A DNA stretch of 64,000 nt, from positions 33,524 to 97,523 of IMG/VR virus record IMGVR_UViG_3300030333_003379. One strand, 5' to 3'. The position numbers were made by a program, and so were the translations under genes. The notes below the pieces were generated by a model that ran no database searches, was not told where the DNA came from, and saw only the letters and a program-made list of their open reading frames with translations. This document shows, piece by piece, positions 11,780 to 21,581 of this stretch (the first letter of the stretch is position 1; the number at the start of each line of letters is the position of its first letter). Origin of the DNA: a virus.

Positions 11780-13510
11780 TCATAACCCCCTTGATATACC
11801 GCTTCCACGAGATCTAGAACGGAATGCTCTGGCGACTTCTTCCGATATCTGCCTTGCTAACTTCCGACCATCTCCACTCACACCATTTACATTGATAGTG
11901 ATATTGGTGTCTCCACCCATACCGCCTCCCATTGCTTTCATGGTTACAGGTATGCTACGGCCATCAGGCAGAGGCACAATAGCCTCTGTTCCGTGTAATT
12001 CAGCAGTATATCCTGTTTCTGGCCCAGATGCGATACCACCTTTAGCGAATTGTGGCTTCTTCATTTCCAACTTCTTGACCCAACCAAGACCCGGAACCTT
12101 AGATGCCAATCGAATACCCTTGTTGATTAACTCAAATAGCGGCCAAACTAGATTGATGAAGCCATTGATGAAGCCTTTAGCGTAATTCCACATGGCTTGG
12201 AATGAGCCAATGATCATATCCTTGAGTCCAGAGAAGATTTTACCTGCTTTCTCTGTGTTTCCTGTTAAAAGAGCCATAACAATACGGACAATACCGATGA
12301 ATATACGGACAACCATCATCACATAGGTAACAACAAAACCAATAGCATTGAGTAACATCTGATAATATGGCTTAACATACGGCCAAGCCCATGATACAAA
12401 CTTGATAATTAAAGATATGATTGCTGCAACTACCACAATAATAAATCCAATCAATTCACCAACAAAACGCATCAATTCGGCAATAAATCCGAATACACCA
12501 GAACTAACCAAGAAGTCAATTAGCATAGTCCACAAATCAACCACAAATGAGATGATATCACTTACGGTTGTGCCGCCATCACCAAATGCACCCATAATGA
12601 GATCCCATCCCATCATAAATCCTTCATAGATAGCAATCCATCCGTCAATGAATGCTTGAACAATACCTGCTTCAATGACCGCTTCAAGGAAGATGAATAT
12701 GGCTTCATATACAGCATTATACAACTCAAAGAATATCTCAACGGCCATAGTCATGGCTTCTGCTATACCACCAAAGAACTCTTCTGCGTTAAACTCTGGA
12801 AGTGATACATTTGCCTTGAGGGTTTCCCAAAGTCCTGTAATTCTATCCATTTGTGCTTGGACTGTATCACCTAAACCACCCACTAAAGCATCCCATGTTG
12901 GCCCAAATGCTTCACCTGCGGTTGTTGCTATACCACCTATTGAAGATTTAGCACCACCCCAATCAATAGCACTCAACGCACCTTTGGCTTTATCCACACC
13001 TGCTTGAACCACGCCAAAGGCATCACCTATCAACGGCAGATCTTCAAGCCATGCCCGTAACGAGCCACCCCCTTGGTCGAATACAGCAACAAGTAGCATA
13101 ACTGCTGCCATAACACCAAAAACGATACCAATCATAGGTAACATAGTCACAATAATACCCGAAAATAACCCCTTTGTAGCACCAAGAACGGCTACAAGGG
13201 GGCCGAAAGTCATTCCAAGCAAACCAACACTCTTAACCATCCCACCAAGCGTTTTATCGGTCTTAGCAGCACCTTTGGCTACATCCTCCGTAGCCTTTGT
13301 GCCATCTTTACCCATGCCACCAAATGCTTTTTTGACGCTTTCAAGGGAAAAGTTCAACTTGATGTATTGATCATACATTGGCCCCAGAAACTTCATCATC
13401 ATTCGATGCTTATCTGGGATAAGATTGAGGGTATCACCATACTTTTCAAGGGTCTTGATGTGTTCAGCGAACTGATAATCCATCCCTGCAATTGTTTTGG
13501 AATCACCCAT
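11780..13510 (-). CDS. Tape measure protein (576 aa)
   Basis: Long hydrophobic helical repeats; C-terminal QFAKGGIASGP...AELHGTEAIVPL motif typical of TMPs; follows the chaperone pair. Confidence 0.85.
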   Translation of the reverse strand: MGDSKTIAGMDYQFAEHIKTLEKYGDTLNLIPDKHRMMMKFLGPMYDQYIKLNFSLESVKKAFGGMGKDGTKATEDVAKGAAKTDKTLGGMVKSVGLLGMTFGPLVAVLGATKGLFSGIIVTMLPMIGIVFGVMAAVMLLVAVFDQGGGSLRAWLEDLPLIGDAFGVVQAGVDKAKGALSAIDWGGAKSSIGGIATTAGEAFGPTWDALVGGLGDTVQAQMDRITGLWETLKANVSLPEFNAEEFFGGIAEAMTMAVEIFFELYNAVYEAIFIFLEAVIEAGIVQAFIDGWIAIYEGFMMGWDLIMGAFGDGGTTVSDIISFVVDLWTMLIDFLVSSGVFGFIAELMRFVGELIGFIIVVVAAIISLIIKFVSWAWPYVKPYYQMLLNAIGFVVTYVMMVVRIFIGIVRIVMALLTGNTEKAGKIFSGLKDMIIGSFQAMWNYAKGFINGFINLVWPLFELINKGIRLASKVPGLGWVKKLEMKKPQFAKGGIASGPETGYTAELHGTEAIVPLPDGRSIPVTMKAMGGGMGGDTNITINVNGVSGDGRKLARQISEEVARAFRSRSRGSGISRGL

Positions 13511-13847
13511 CTTCTTTCAGCCTCGCATTCATTTTATCAAAGAAATCAGCATCACTTGTCGTGCGAACTTGTCTCCCCTTTGTAGCACCCAAGTTCTGCT
13601 CACGCTTCAATTTGTCCATCATTTCGGCCTGTTGCTCTTGATATACCGTCATCATAAGGTAATCCAAAACCACCCTTTCAGGGGGTTGATTATCCCAAGA
13701 ATGAGGGGGGCATTTGAAGAAGTGACCCAAAAAGAATGTAACAATTGATGTTCCCAACACTATGGTCTTATCATAGGGAATTGGTAGTTCCCCCTCTCCT
13801 TCATAGGTGATGAACGCTCTGATATCGTCAAGGGTTATGCCAAAGGG
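13503..13847 (-). CDS. -1 frame extension of the tail assembly chaperone (gpT-like part of a gpGT-type fusion)
   Basis: The -1 frame is open from the slippery site to the stop at 13503 (…PFGITLDDIRAFITYEGEGELPIPYDKTIVLGTSIV…RLKEDG*). The track ORF 13503..13760 has no convincing start of its own. Confidence 0.7.
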   Translation of the reverse strand, partial: PFGITLDDIRAFITYEGEGELPIPYDKTIVLGTSIVTFFLGHFFKCPPHSWDNQPPERVVLDYLMMTVYQEQQAEMMDKLKREQNLGATKGRQVRTTSDADFFDKMNARLKEDG

Positions 13848-14203
13848 CCGGTAATACCACCTTGCATCCCGGCCATCAACGAATCAAACGAAGGCAATAA
13901 CTTCTGAACTTCAACACCAACCTCTGGCTTCAATGCCAATAGTTGTTCTAGAGTCAAATCTGGATCCGTCTTGGTAATACAACGCTTAAACACGAATCTC
14001 CAATAACCACCAAAGTCAATGTTAGGGGTCATGTTGCCATCCCCGTCAGATCCAAGAGATACGAATTGGCTTAGAGCCTCTTGACGCTCTATCCAAGACA
14101 GGTCTTTCACCCATACACTCAATTCACCCACCGGGGTTTCAATCGTGTGTTTTTCTGAATCACTACTTACCGTTAAATCACTCGCTGTCGCTTTCTCCGC
14201 CAT
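13835..14203 (-). CDS. Tail assembly chaperone (gpG-like, 122 aa; MAEKATASD...)
   Basis: Between tail tube and tape measure. ATG at 14203 preceded by GGTGA SD; start revised from the track's 14254. Confidence 0.75.
   Translation of the reverse strand: MAEKATASDLTVSSDSEKHTIETPVGELSVWVKDLSWIERQEALSQFVSLGSDGDGNMTPNIDFGGYWRFVFKRCITKTDPDLTLEQLLALKPEVGVEVQKLLPSFDSLMAGMQGGITGPLA
13841..13847 (-). other. Candidate -1 programmed frameshift heptamer C CCT TTG
   Basis: X XXY YYZ pattern in frame, with one codon (GCA) between it and the TAA of the chaperone gene; the -1 frame is open downstream. Confidence 0.7.
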
Positions 14204-14567
14204 TTCCGTCACCTTCTGTGGATGGCTCGGCTTCTGCCTCTCCTTCCGCTTCACCTGCCGTTAGGCGAGCCAACAAGTCGGCTTTTGTGCCTGTTGTTGG
14301 TAGTCCACGAGTGCTACACTCGACTTGCAATTCTGTTTTGTTCATATCCTCAAAGGATTTTGGTTCAACAGGTGCAGGTGCAGGTGTTTCCTCCGCAGGT
14401 GCTTCTGGTGTCGGGGTTGGAGAAGGTGCAACAGGTGCTTCATCTACCTTGATCGTGATGCCATGTGAACTCAAACCTGCGCCTTCAATAATGCGCCCAT
14501 CTGCAATTGTCCAATCTAGCAATTCACGCCTTCCAGCGATTTCAACATACCCTGTTAGCCTTACCAT
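14178..14567 (-). CDS. SAP-domain protein with P/E/A-rich linker (129 aa)
   Basis: FEDMNKTELQVECSTRGLPTTGTKADLLARL matches the SAP motif; GGGGTGA SD upstream. Confidence 0.7.
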   Translation of the reverse strand: MVRLTGYVEIAGRRELLDWTIADGRIIEGAGLSSHGITIKVDEAPVAPSPTPTPEAPAEETPAPAPVEPKSFEDMNKTELQVECSTRGLPTTGTKADLLARLTAGEAEGEAEAEPSTEGDGNGGESDSE

Positions 14568-14607
14568 TCATATCACCCCTATCATACCTATTCTTTAATC
14601 GTTTTGT

Positions 14608-15504
14608 TTAATATCCGCCTTGCAATAGCCGATCTTTATCCCTATCATATCGTGGAACTCGCAATTCTGGCATCGTTGGGCCAGCCAATCTTTGCATACC
14701 TGCTCGGTGTCCTTCTTGTGTGAAAAGCGGTTGATCCAAAGATGAAGGGCCGTATTTTCGGTTATACATCTCTACTGCATCCTCTAGTTCCTTACCATAC
14801 GGCACTTCTCCTAGAGAATCGTATCCCATTGCTGGCAAATCTCTAAGTCGTTTCCTTGCCCTCATTTGGCCTCTTGTTGGTCGGCCTCTTAATGGATTAT
14901 CAATATCTCCTTGCCCATACATAATTCGCTCTGCTGTAATCTCTGCATCTGGGTCGTATCTTAATTCACCAGATTCTTTTGCCCATTGAGCAGCAGACCT
15001 ATCATCTACTTGATGAGCGTGGTCTTGTAAATCGCTATATTCTCCATATTGGCACATAGGACAAGCAACACGATCATAGCCCATTCTGTCGGACAATTCT
15101 TCGTGATATCTATCGGGGTCTATATCTTTCAATTCAGCATAACTTGCCTCATCGTGTCCACAATGTTCACAGTAGTATGTATCTTCACCCATCTCTGCTT
15201 CCGTGTTTTCCAACATATCTCTCATATCATCTTCGATTTGACCCATGTTGATATCAGGGTATCCTTCGGGTTGATGTGCGTATTCAATTTCTGGGCCGTA
15301 ATCTAAGTTCCAACTATGAGGCTCAAACTCACCCTGACCGTCACAATAAGGGCAATTCATGCCATAGCCACCTATATCTTTTGCTTCTTTTCCTGTGCGG
15401 TATTTGACGATAGCACCACAGCAATCAAATCGTGCTTGTGTAACACGCAAAGCGTCAAAGCCGATGTTTCCAGCCTTTAGCATAATCATTCTGTCGTTCA
15501 TCAC
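14608..15504 (-). CDS. Cys-rich (CxxC zinc-ribbon) protein with a variant of the shared N-terminal tag (MLK-AGNIGFDALR)
   Basis: CPYC, CEHC and CPMC motifs; acidic composition; inserted between tail tube and SAP gene. Confidence 0.55.
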   Translation of the reverse strand: MMNDRMIMLKAGNIGFDALRVTQARFDCCGAIVKYRTGKEAKDIGGYGMNCPYCDGQGEFEPHSWNLDYGPEIEYAHQPEGYPDINMGQIEDDMRDMLENTEAEMGEDTYYCEHCGHDEASYAELKDIDPDRYHEELSDRMGYDRVACPMCQYGEYSDLQDHAHQVDDRSAAQWAKESGELRYDPDAEITAERIMYGQGDIDNPLRGRPTRGQMRARKRLRDLPAMGYDSLGEVPYGKELEDAVEMYNRKYGPSSLDQPLFTQEGHRAGMQRLAGPTMPELRVPRYDRDKDRLLQGGY

Positions 15505-15511
15505 AAATCAC

Positions 15512-17743
15512 TCACAATATGAAGTAAGGGTTGGTTTCTTTTGCTTTGATATGCCTAACGGCAAACTCAACTTCTGCGGTAACAGGCCCCTTATCGTCTG
15601 GCATTGGATGTGCCGCCTTTGTTACAGTATAATCTTCGATTGTGATGAGTGCATTCTGCCTTGTTGAAGCAGAACCGGGTTTAATCATGGTCATTGTGAT
15701 ATCATTGGTATTGATGTGGTGCTTTCTCTTTCGCAATTCATCAAACCATCGGCTATCTTCAACCAATGCGCTAAACTTGAAGGTATATTCACGAGCAGCC
15801 TCTGTAATCTCTGTGGCATACTGTGTAGCCCCTTCTTGCACTTGATCGGTATCAGAATAAGCACCATCTGTGCCTTTGATATACCAACGAGCCGTATTGG
15901 TGTTAGTAATACCGAACTCTGCTGCCGTAGCACGAAGTAATGGTGCGCCAAACGCTTCCATGCTGATATGCTGGAATAGATACGGTTTTTCACCATCTAC
16001 TGCGATACCAGATACCCTTCGATTGACTTGACTGTTTGCTGTGTTCTCAAACATCCTGTGTGGCGTGATGAACTTGCTTTCAGTATCGGTGAACATTCGA
16101 CCTGCTTCATAATCTCCGCTAATCTTGACTTCACCTTCGCTGTCTGCCTTTAGTGTTAAGGCATTGACCTTACAACCAGAGAATACTCGTAGCAACTGCT
16201 CTGCACCCGGTGTAATGTCTGTTTGACGGAATGATTGCTCTAGTGAGAAGGTTGGTAGATATGAGTAGCCAAAGAAGTTATGCTCAACACCATACTTCAA
16301 TTCATTTGTTCCACTAATGATAGCAGGGGATCCTCTTTCCCATGCCACACTATTTGCACTATCCCATGTGTATTGTAGCCTTTCAACACCACATGAAGTA
16401 GCGGTGTGTCCGAATAGGAATGGTTCTTCCACATACACATACTCTGCATCAGCACCATCTGAACTACCAACTGCAAGAACTCTGCGGATTTCATGCTTGT
16501 TTAATGTCGGTGCGGTAACATCTGCACCGGGAATCTGAACTGTGTCTTTGTCGAAGATTTGAATGTAATCACCTGCGCTGAACTTGGCTGCGGTTGTTGC
16601 ACCAAGATTGATTCTCAAATCACCTGCGGTAATGTTTGCTGCGGGTGTGACGAGAACATAGATCGGGATATCCACGGTTTGCGCTCTTGCTAATGCACCA
16701 GAATCAATATCTGTGCAACCTCCAAGAACTGCTGCACCACCATAGGTTGTGTAGTGTCCAAGTAATGGCACACCATCGGCTGAAAGAACCTTGAATATAC
16801 CACCTGCTGTTACTACATCAAATACTGTATTTGTTTGATCTGTGGTTGTAATATCCGTTCCTGTATCAGCAACGCTCAATGCACCAATCAATACATCAGA
16901 GCCAACTGTGCTACCAAGCCCAGAAACGGTTGTTCCAGATGTTGCCGTAATGGTGGCATCAACTGTGGATGTGCCAAACTCTTGTGCTGCAAGTGATTTG
17001 GTCATTGTCGTTTTCAAGTTAAGTGGTAAAGCACCCACGATTGTGTTTGCACTTGCCACATTAGCATACTCACCCATACTCTTAGCAGTATGACCACCAA
17101 GACCATATTTCAAGAATCGAAGTGAGTGAGCATTGAGATCATAAGCACCACCTGCAAGGGTTTCCTTGCCTGTGGTCAAGACATTCACATCACGACCCAT
17201 GCCGACAATGTGTTGTTTTCTAACATCCAATTCTGGCTCTGGTAATGTAAATGAGTTCAATAGACCTAAGAATTGGTCTGTTTTGACTCTTTCATCTGAT
17301 GTTGCGGTCATAGCCGAATCAAATGTCGGAACACGAAGTCCAAAAATAGTGAAAAAGGCATCAGCAGTTCCGGGGTTATCAGCCGAAGCCAATCTTGGTT
17401 GAATTGTAATTGTATCAGCATCATTTGCTGTGATTGTGTAAGAACGCTTTGTTGTTGGATAGTGGTCATTTTGGTGATTGCCTGATGCGTCTGTAAAGCG
17501 GAGGGTTGCGCCTACAAGCATATTCTTTGGCACGAGCATATTACCAGAAGTATCTACCCAATACATTCCTTCACCTACATGAATAGTAGATGTATTTGCG
17601 GTTGGCCCAACTTTCACCGTTTTCCATCCATCGGTAGTCGTTGTTCCATCCACCCATGATCCTGTTGCGTGGCCGATTAGCCCTGTTTCCTTACCCAAGG
17701 AAACTTCTGCTAAATCTCCCTTGAACACTTGATTTATTGCCAT
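15512..17743 (-). CDS. Major tail tube protein with large insertions (743 aa)
   Basis: FTLPEPEL..., YLPTFSLEQ..., RVFSGCKVNALTLKA..GEVKISGDYEA are tail-tube-like; follows the terminator gene. Confidence 0.75.
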   Translation of the reverse strand: MAINQVFKGDLAEVSLGKETGLIGHATGSWVDGTTTTDGWKTVKVGPTANTSTIHVGEGMYWVDTSGNMLVPKNMLVGATLRFTDASGNHQNDHYPTTKRSYTITANDADTITIQPRLASADNPGTADAFFTIFGLRVPTFDSAMTATSDERVKTDQFLGLLNSFTLPEPELDVRKQHIVGMGRDVNVLTTGKETLAGGAYDLNAHSLRFLKYGLGGHTAKSMGEYANVASANTIVGALPLNLKTTMTKSLAAQEFGTSTVDATITATSGTTVSGLGSTVGSDVLIGALSVADTGTDITTTDQTNTVFDVVTAGGIFKVLSADGVPLLGHYTTYGGAAVLGGCTDIDSGALARAQTVDIPIYVLVTPAANITAGDLRINLGATTAAKFSAGDYIQIFDKDTVQIPGADVTAPTLNKHEIRRVLAVGSSDGADAEYVYVEEPFLFGHTATSCGVERLQYTWDSANSVAWERGSPAIISGTNELKYGVEHNFFGYSYLPTFSLEQSFRQTDITPGAEQLLRVFSGCKVNALTLKADSEGEVKISGDYEAGRMFTDTESKFITPHRMFENTANSQVNRRVSGIAVDGEKPYLFQHISMEAFGAPLLRATAAEFGITNTNTARWYIKGTDGAYSDTDQVQEGATQYATEITEAAREYTFKFSALVEDSRWFDELRKRKHHINTNDITMTMIKPGSASTRQNALITIEDYTVTKAAHPMPDDKGPVTAEVEFAVRHIKAKETNPYFIL

Positions 17744-17753
17744 ATTTTTTCCC

Positions 17754-18185
17754 TCATACTGCTTCTAATGGTTGTGCGAATAATACGACCTCGGCTTGCA
17801 TTGTGTAGCGGAATAGCCTCTTGCTACGGTCAGACAAGTCGGTTCGGGTCTTGAAGATTACCCTGTCGAAATTAACACCGTCACCTTTTCGATATTTGTG
17901 AAGTATCCTCCGCACTTCATCACGAAGGACACCCAATCTATCTCTGCCTTTGACTGTTCTAATGTCTATGGTGAGATTTACATGGATATTCACATAATCG
18001 AAAAGGAGTTCTGGTTGTGCTTCATTGTGTGCTGTTTCAAACACACGGATAATATCGTGATCTTGCAATCTAGTGCGCTTGCCTTCGCCAGCATCCAAAT
18101 TAGCAATGTCCAAAATAGACGGTTTTGGTGACTTATTCCATTGCGAATCAAGCAAATCCACAATATGTTTGATAGAGTCCGTCAT
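17754..18185 (-). CDS. Tail terminator/completion protein (143 aa)
   Basis: Size, position before the tube gene and beta/alpha pattern (VNLTIDIRT...RDEVRRIL...YTMQAEVV). Confidence 0.6.
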   Translation of the reverse strand: MTDSIKHIVDLLDSQWNKSPKPSILDIANLDAGEGKRTRLQDHDIIRVFETAHNEAQPELLFDYVNIHVNLTIDIRTVKGRDRLGVLRDEVRRILHKYRKGDGVNFDRVIFKTRTDLSDRSKRLFRYTMQAEVVLFAQPLEAV

Positions 18186-18448
18186 TCAATCACCACCGCT
18201 AAATACTTCGCTTGCGCTTCCGCTACATCTAAGGCGAATGGACTATTTGCTTTATGTGCTTCCATTGTTGCGGCCAATTCTTCATCATTTAGAGGCATAT
18301 CGTCTGCTTCGGCCATCTCTTTCTCTTTAATGAGCATAGCCTCAAGATGAGCAGGTTCAGCACTCGCTTTTGCTACCGCTTCTTTGTATTGTTGAAGCAC
18401 TTTGGCTCGCTTTTCCAAATACTTCTGCATTTCAGGAAGATCCGCCAT
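18182..18448 (-). CDS. Hypothetical helical protein (88 aa)
   Basis: In operon, overlapping both neighbours. Confidence 0.6.
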   Translation of the reverse strand: MADLPEMQKYLEKRAKVLQQYKEAVAKASAEPAHLEAMLIKEKEMAEADDMPLNDEELAATMEAHKANSPFALDVAEAQAKYLAVVIE

Positions 18449-18632
18449 TTCCGCCTCCCCTCATTGCATCAATACCTGCCTTTGTAGCCTTCTTTTTGCC
18501 ATCACAATCACGGCAAAACTGCCCTTGACTTTGAGAGCCAGACCAAATAACACCATATTTGTCGCAATCGCTACAATGATCTATGATTTTACCTGATGGT
18601 AATTGTTGCCTTTGTGGTGCTTTCTCAACCAT
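18432..18632 (-). CDS. Small zinc-ribbon protein (66 aa)
   Basis: CSDC and CRDC pairs; in operon. Confidence 0.55.
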   Translation of the reverse strand: MVEKAPQRQQLPSGKIIDHCSDCDKYGVIWSGSQSQGQFCRDCDGKKKATKAGIDAMRGGGNGGSS

Positions 18633-18636
18633 AATT

Positions 18637-20250
18637 CTAACCTCCCATACCTGCTACAATAATGCTCTCTTGGAACGGAACTAGCAACTTTGCGACCTCC
18701 GCTTCTAACTTCTGATGTTTGGATGCTAAATCAACATTTTGTGTTCCTTCGGGGAATAACACCGAATAATCATCGGACATTATGATATCCATGACCACTA
18801 ATTTGGTGCAAGCATCAATGATATTTTTATCCACATACCTTTCACCATAAATGTAAGACATTCTAAGTGAATGGTTCTCAAAGAATGGGTATTCATTGTT
18901 GAATAATATCTGGCCGTTTTCCTCAATTGACCACCACGATTTTTGCCTTTCCTCATCATCAATATCGCATAAGAATCGAACTTGCTTTAGTGTAGCACCA
19001 GATACATTGTTATCAAAGTCGTTTGCTAGATCCGATACAACGGTGAATGTATTACCATTACGACTACACAAGGCTATTCGATTGGATGTTCCATTCTCAA
19101 TATACACCAATCCATGCCCATTTACGAAGGCAGAGCCGTCAGCAACCGTAAAGGAAGTCACAGGTGTCCCTGTCGTGCCTGTAACGGTTGTTTCTACCAT
19201 GGTATGCAAATTACCCACATATGTGAGTCCACCACTATGTGAAACTGCTATGGAGGCGTTCTGCCCTCCCTCTGTGCTTCGCATAGATGAAATCTCAATA
19301 ACACCATCACCTGCATCACTATTGCCAAGAGCCATGAACTCGTGATTTACATTCAAAACCGCAGATGCCGATGATGATGTTTCAACGGTCAATGAGCCGA
19401 TTTGAATGGCAGATTTGTTAAAATCTGGATCTTGATTGATTAGTGCTGCGATATTTTCTGCGGTGGATTTGTGGTCAAACTCTGACCTCCACTTTGTTTG
19501 AGCATCATTTCCTTCTGTAAGTGTGGCAACACCGTTAGCACCGGGGCATAGATAGATTGCCTCTCCACTTAGTGCCGTATGATCAGCAACCCTAATCGCT
19601 GCTCTTGCGGCAGCCATTTCACGGTAGTAATCACCTTGCCACGCACCCATTTTGAGAATACGCTGAACCGCACCATGTTTCAAGAATACTGCACCAACAT
19701 AGTCGGTGTAGTATCTCCTTCGGAATGGCTTGAATGTAGTGAAGTTCACATATTCTTCTGCTACAAGGCGTGGTCGCCATGCGTGTCGAGTTACAGTATC
19801 AACATAATCTTGACGGATTTTGATTAAATCCTCCACATGGCTCTTTTTTACACCACGCTCTTTGCTATTGGTAAATGCGGATTGGTGTTGAAGATATGCG
19901 TTATTTGCAGTAGTGAACGACTCTGCGCCTTCTTTTGCTGCAATGAGATAGATTTGCCCGTCTGACCCCACCGAAGCGGTTGAAGTAATGGTATATGTCT
20001 TACCAATAGCGTCAGCATCGTCATAGACGAGAATAGTGTCTGTTGCCTCAAAACCCCATCTGCGGAAATCCGCCCCGGTAATTGGAAACTTGATATCAGA
20101 ACCATCAATGGTGCTATTCCCTGCTAAAGCCACAGGGTCTGGTAAAGGCAATTGAAGATATTCCGCCACTTTTGCTGCGGTTGTATAGACCAATTCATCT
20201 GGGTATAGTGGCGCATCTGGCCTATGTCCGGGCGAATAGGTTCGTGGCAT
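18637..20250 (-). CDS. Head-tail adaptor-like protein with large insertions (537 aa)
   Basis: YTTAAKVAEYL...VEDLIK..QDYVDTVT..AW...YIYGERYVDKNIIDACTKLV is the pattern of gp15/gp6-type adaptors; position fits. Confidence 0.7.
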   Translation of the reverse strand: MPRTYSPGHRPDAPLYPDELVYTTAAKVAEYLQLPLPDPVALAGNSTIDGSDIKFPITGADFRRWGFEATDTILVYDDADAIGKTYTITSTASVGSDGQIYLIAAKEGAESFTTANNAYLQHQSAFTNSKERGVKKSHVEDLIKIRQDYVDTVTRHAWRPRLVAEEYVNFTTFKPFRRRYYTDYVGAVFLKHGAVQRILKMGAWQGDYYREMAAARAAIRVADHTALSGEAIYLCPGANGVATLTEGNDAQTKWRSEFDHKSTAENIAALINQDPDFNKSAIQIGSLTVETSSSASAVLNVNHEFMALGNSDAGDGVIEISSMRSTEGGQNASIAVSHSGGLTYVGNLHTMVETTVTGTTGTPVTSFTVADGSAFVNGHGLVYIENGTSNRIALCSRNGNTFTVVSDLANDFDNNVSGATLKQVRFLCDIDDEERQKSWWSIEENGQILFNNEYPFFENHSLRMSYIYGERYVDKNIIDACTKLVVMDIIMSDDYSVLFPEGTQNVDLASKHQKLEAEVAKLLVPFQESIIVAGMGG

Positions 20251-20576
20251 TATCTGCCACCCCTAATGTGAGATCCAAGGTTGTAGTGCATAGTATCACC
20301 ACAAACACCACACTTTGGAGTCCAACAGAAGTGTAACGCACCACATGAAAGGCAACGAGTTCCAGAACCAATGTTCTGTATATCTCTGCGTTCCTTCTTT
20401 TTGATTTGAACCCGCTTCGTAGTAGCGTGTTTCATATTTTCACTAGAAAACGGTGAGTCATCTTCTGCAATTGAAGATTGACGAGCATTGGCGATCTCCG
20501 CCATGCGAACCTTGCGTCTGCGTTGAATGTCGTATGACTCTTGGAAATCCAATGTTTCAACTTTCATCCGAGCCAT
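20250..20576 (-). CDS. Zinc-ribbon protein (108 aa)
   Basis: C-terminal RCLSCG...CGVCG. Confidence 0.6.
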   Translation of the reverse strand: MARMKVETLDFQESYDIQRRRKVRMAEIANARQSSIAEDDSPFSSENMKHATTKRVQIKKKERRDIQNIGSGTRCLSCGALHFCWTPKCGVCGDTMHYNLGSHIRGGR

Positions 20577-20603
20577 TTGGAGTCACCCCGTAAGGCAACT
20601 ACC

Positions 20604-20957
20604 TCAAGCCCTGCCACCAGAAATAATCAAATCCACAGAAAGTGTGGATAGGTTTGTCGTGTCTGCGACTTCTGCAAGTGGTGCTGCCGCAATATCGGCA
20701 GTTGGTGTTTGGTCAGATGCTGCTACTTCAAACACTTTCAATTTCTTGTTTGTTGCATCATATCGGACAACATATCCTAGAGCAGAATCGTTAGTCACAC
20801 GGACTTCATCGGGTGTTTTCACATAAGAAGTTGCATCAAACGATTCTCCACCTGTTGGGTATGAAGAATCGAAGGTTACAGTCACATAACTCGTGACTTT
20901 TGTGCCTGTTACATTGTTTCTCTTGGTCTGCGCTAGTGTAAGTGCCATGTCGCTCAT
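20604..20957 (-). CDS. Small virion structural protein (117 aa)
   Basis: Beta-rich with VTFDSSYPTGGES; lies in the head-completion region. Confidence 0.55.
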   Translation of the reverse strand: MSDMALTLAQTKRNNVTGTKVTSYVTVTFDSSYPTGGESFDATSYVKTPDEVRVTNDSALGYVVRYDATNKKLKVFEVAASDQTPTADIAAAPLAEVADTTNLSTLSVDLIISGGRA

Positions 20958-20975
20958 CCTCTCTGTGCCTGTTTT

Positions 20976-20988
20976 CCTCTTTAACCTT
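20976..20988 (-). promoter_or_regulatory. Putative BRE/TATA internal promoter AAGGTTAAAGAGG
   Basis: About 20-30 nt upstream of the start at 20957; resembles the elements at 22715 and 25223. Confidence 0.45.
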
Positions 20989-20990
20989 GT

Positions 20991-21581
20991 CTATGAATAC
21001 AATATGGTTAGCCTAATTTTATCTGTGTCTGCTGCCCATTGGACACCCGCCCCGGGATCTATGGATAAAGTGAACTTAACTGTGCCACAAACTCTACCTG
21101 TCCATGGCTGATTCTTGGCGATTGCTGTTGCTGTCCCTGCTGTGTTTAGCACCTTTGGCGCAGCAGGGGTTGTGCCATGTGCGCTTAATCCGGGCTGAAC
21201 ACTCAAAGCGTGTTCCATTGTTCCCATTGCTGCCCCTTCATTGGTTTGGAATCTATACACGATGTTCCCTTTGTTGGTGAAATCAAGTGCTGAAATAATA
21301 GAGCAGTAAAAGTTCTCTCCGCCAGAAACTGATGTATAATCTCCACAACTTATGCCAAAAGACCCATGAACGGTATCACCATTTGTGTTTGAAGATAATT
21401 TACTACCACTTACATCAAGCCAGATTGTATGAATCTCTCCATTCATTTGAATTAGAGCAGGGGCAATTATCCCTCCATCTAAATCTGCGGTTTCCCACTC
21501 ATAGACGATTCGATTAACACGAGTGCGTGAGCCATAACGCCCTGCACCATCATCAATAGTATGACTGACTATACCTGCCAT
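20991..21581 (-). CDS. Putative virion structural protein (~196 aa)
   Basis: In the head module; beta-rich; start revised to MAGIVSH. Confidence 0.55.
   Translation of the reverse strand: MAGIVSHTIDDGAGRYGSRTRVNRIVYEWETADLDGGIIAPALIQMNGEIHTIWLDVSGSKLSSNTNGDTVHGSFGISCGDYTSVSGGENFYCSIISALDFTNKGNIVYRFQTNEGAAMGTMEHALSVQPGLSAHGTTPAAPKVLNTAGTATAIAKNQPWTGRVCGTVKFTLSIDPGAGVQWAADTDKIRLTILYS

Noticed and set aside
15512-17743. Contractile tail sheath (because of its size)
   Set aside because: Motifs are tail-tube-like, and no separate tube gene or baseplate wedge genes were recognised.
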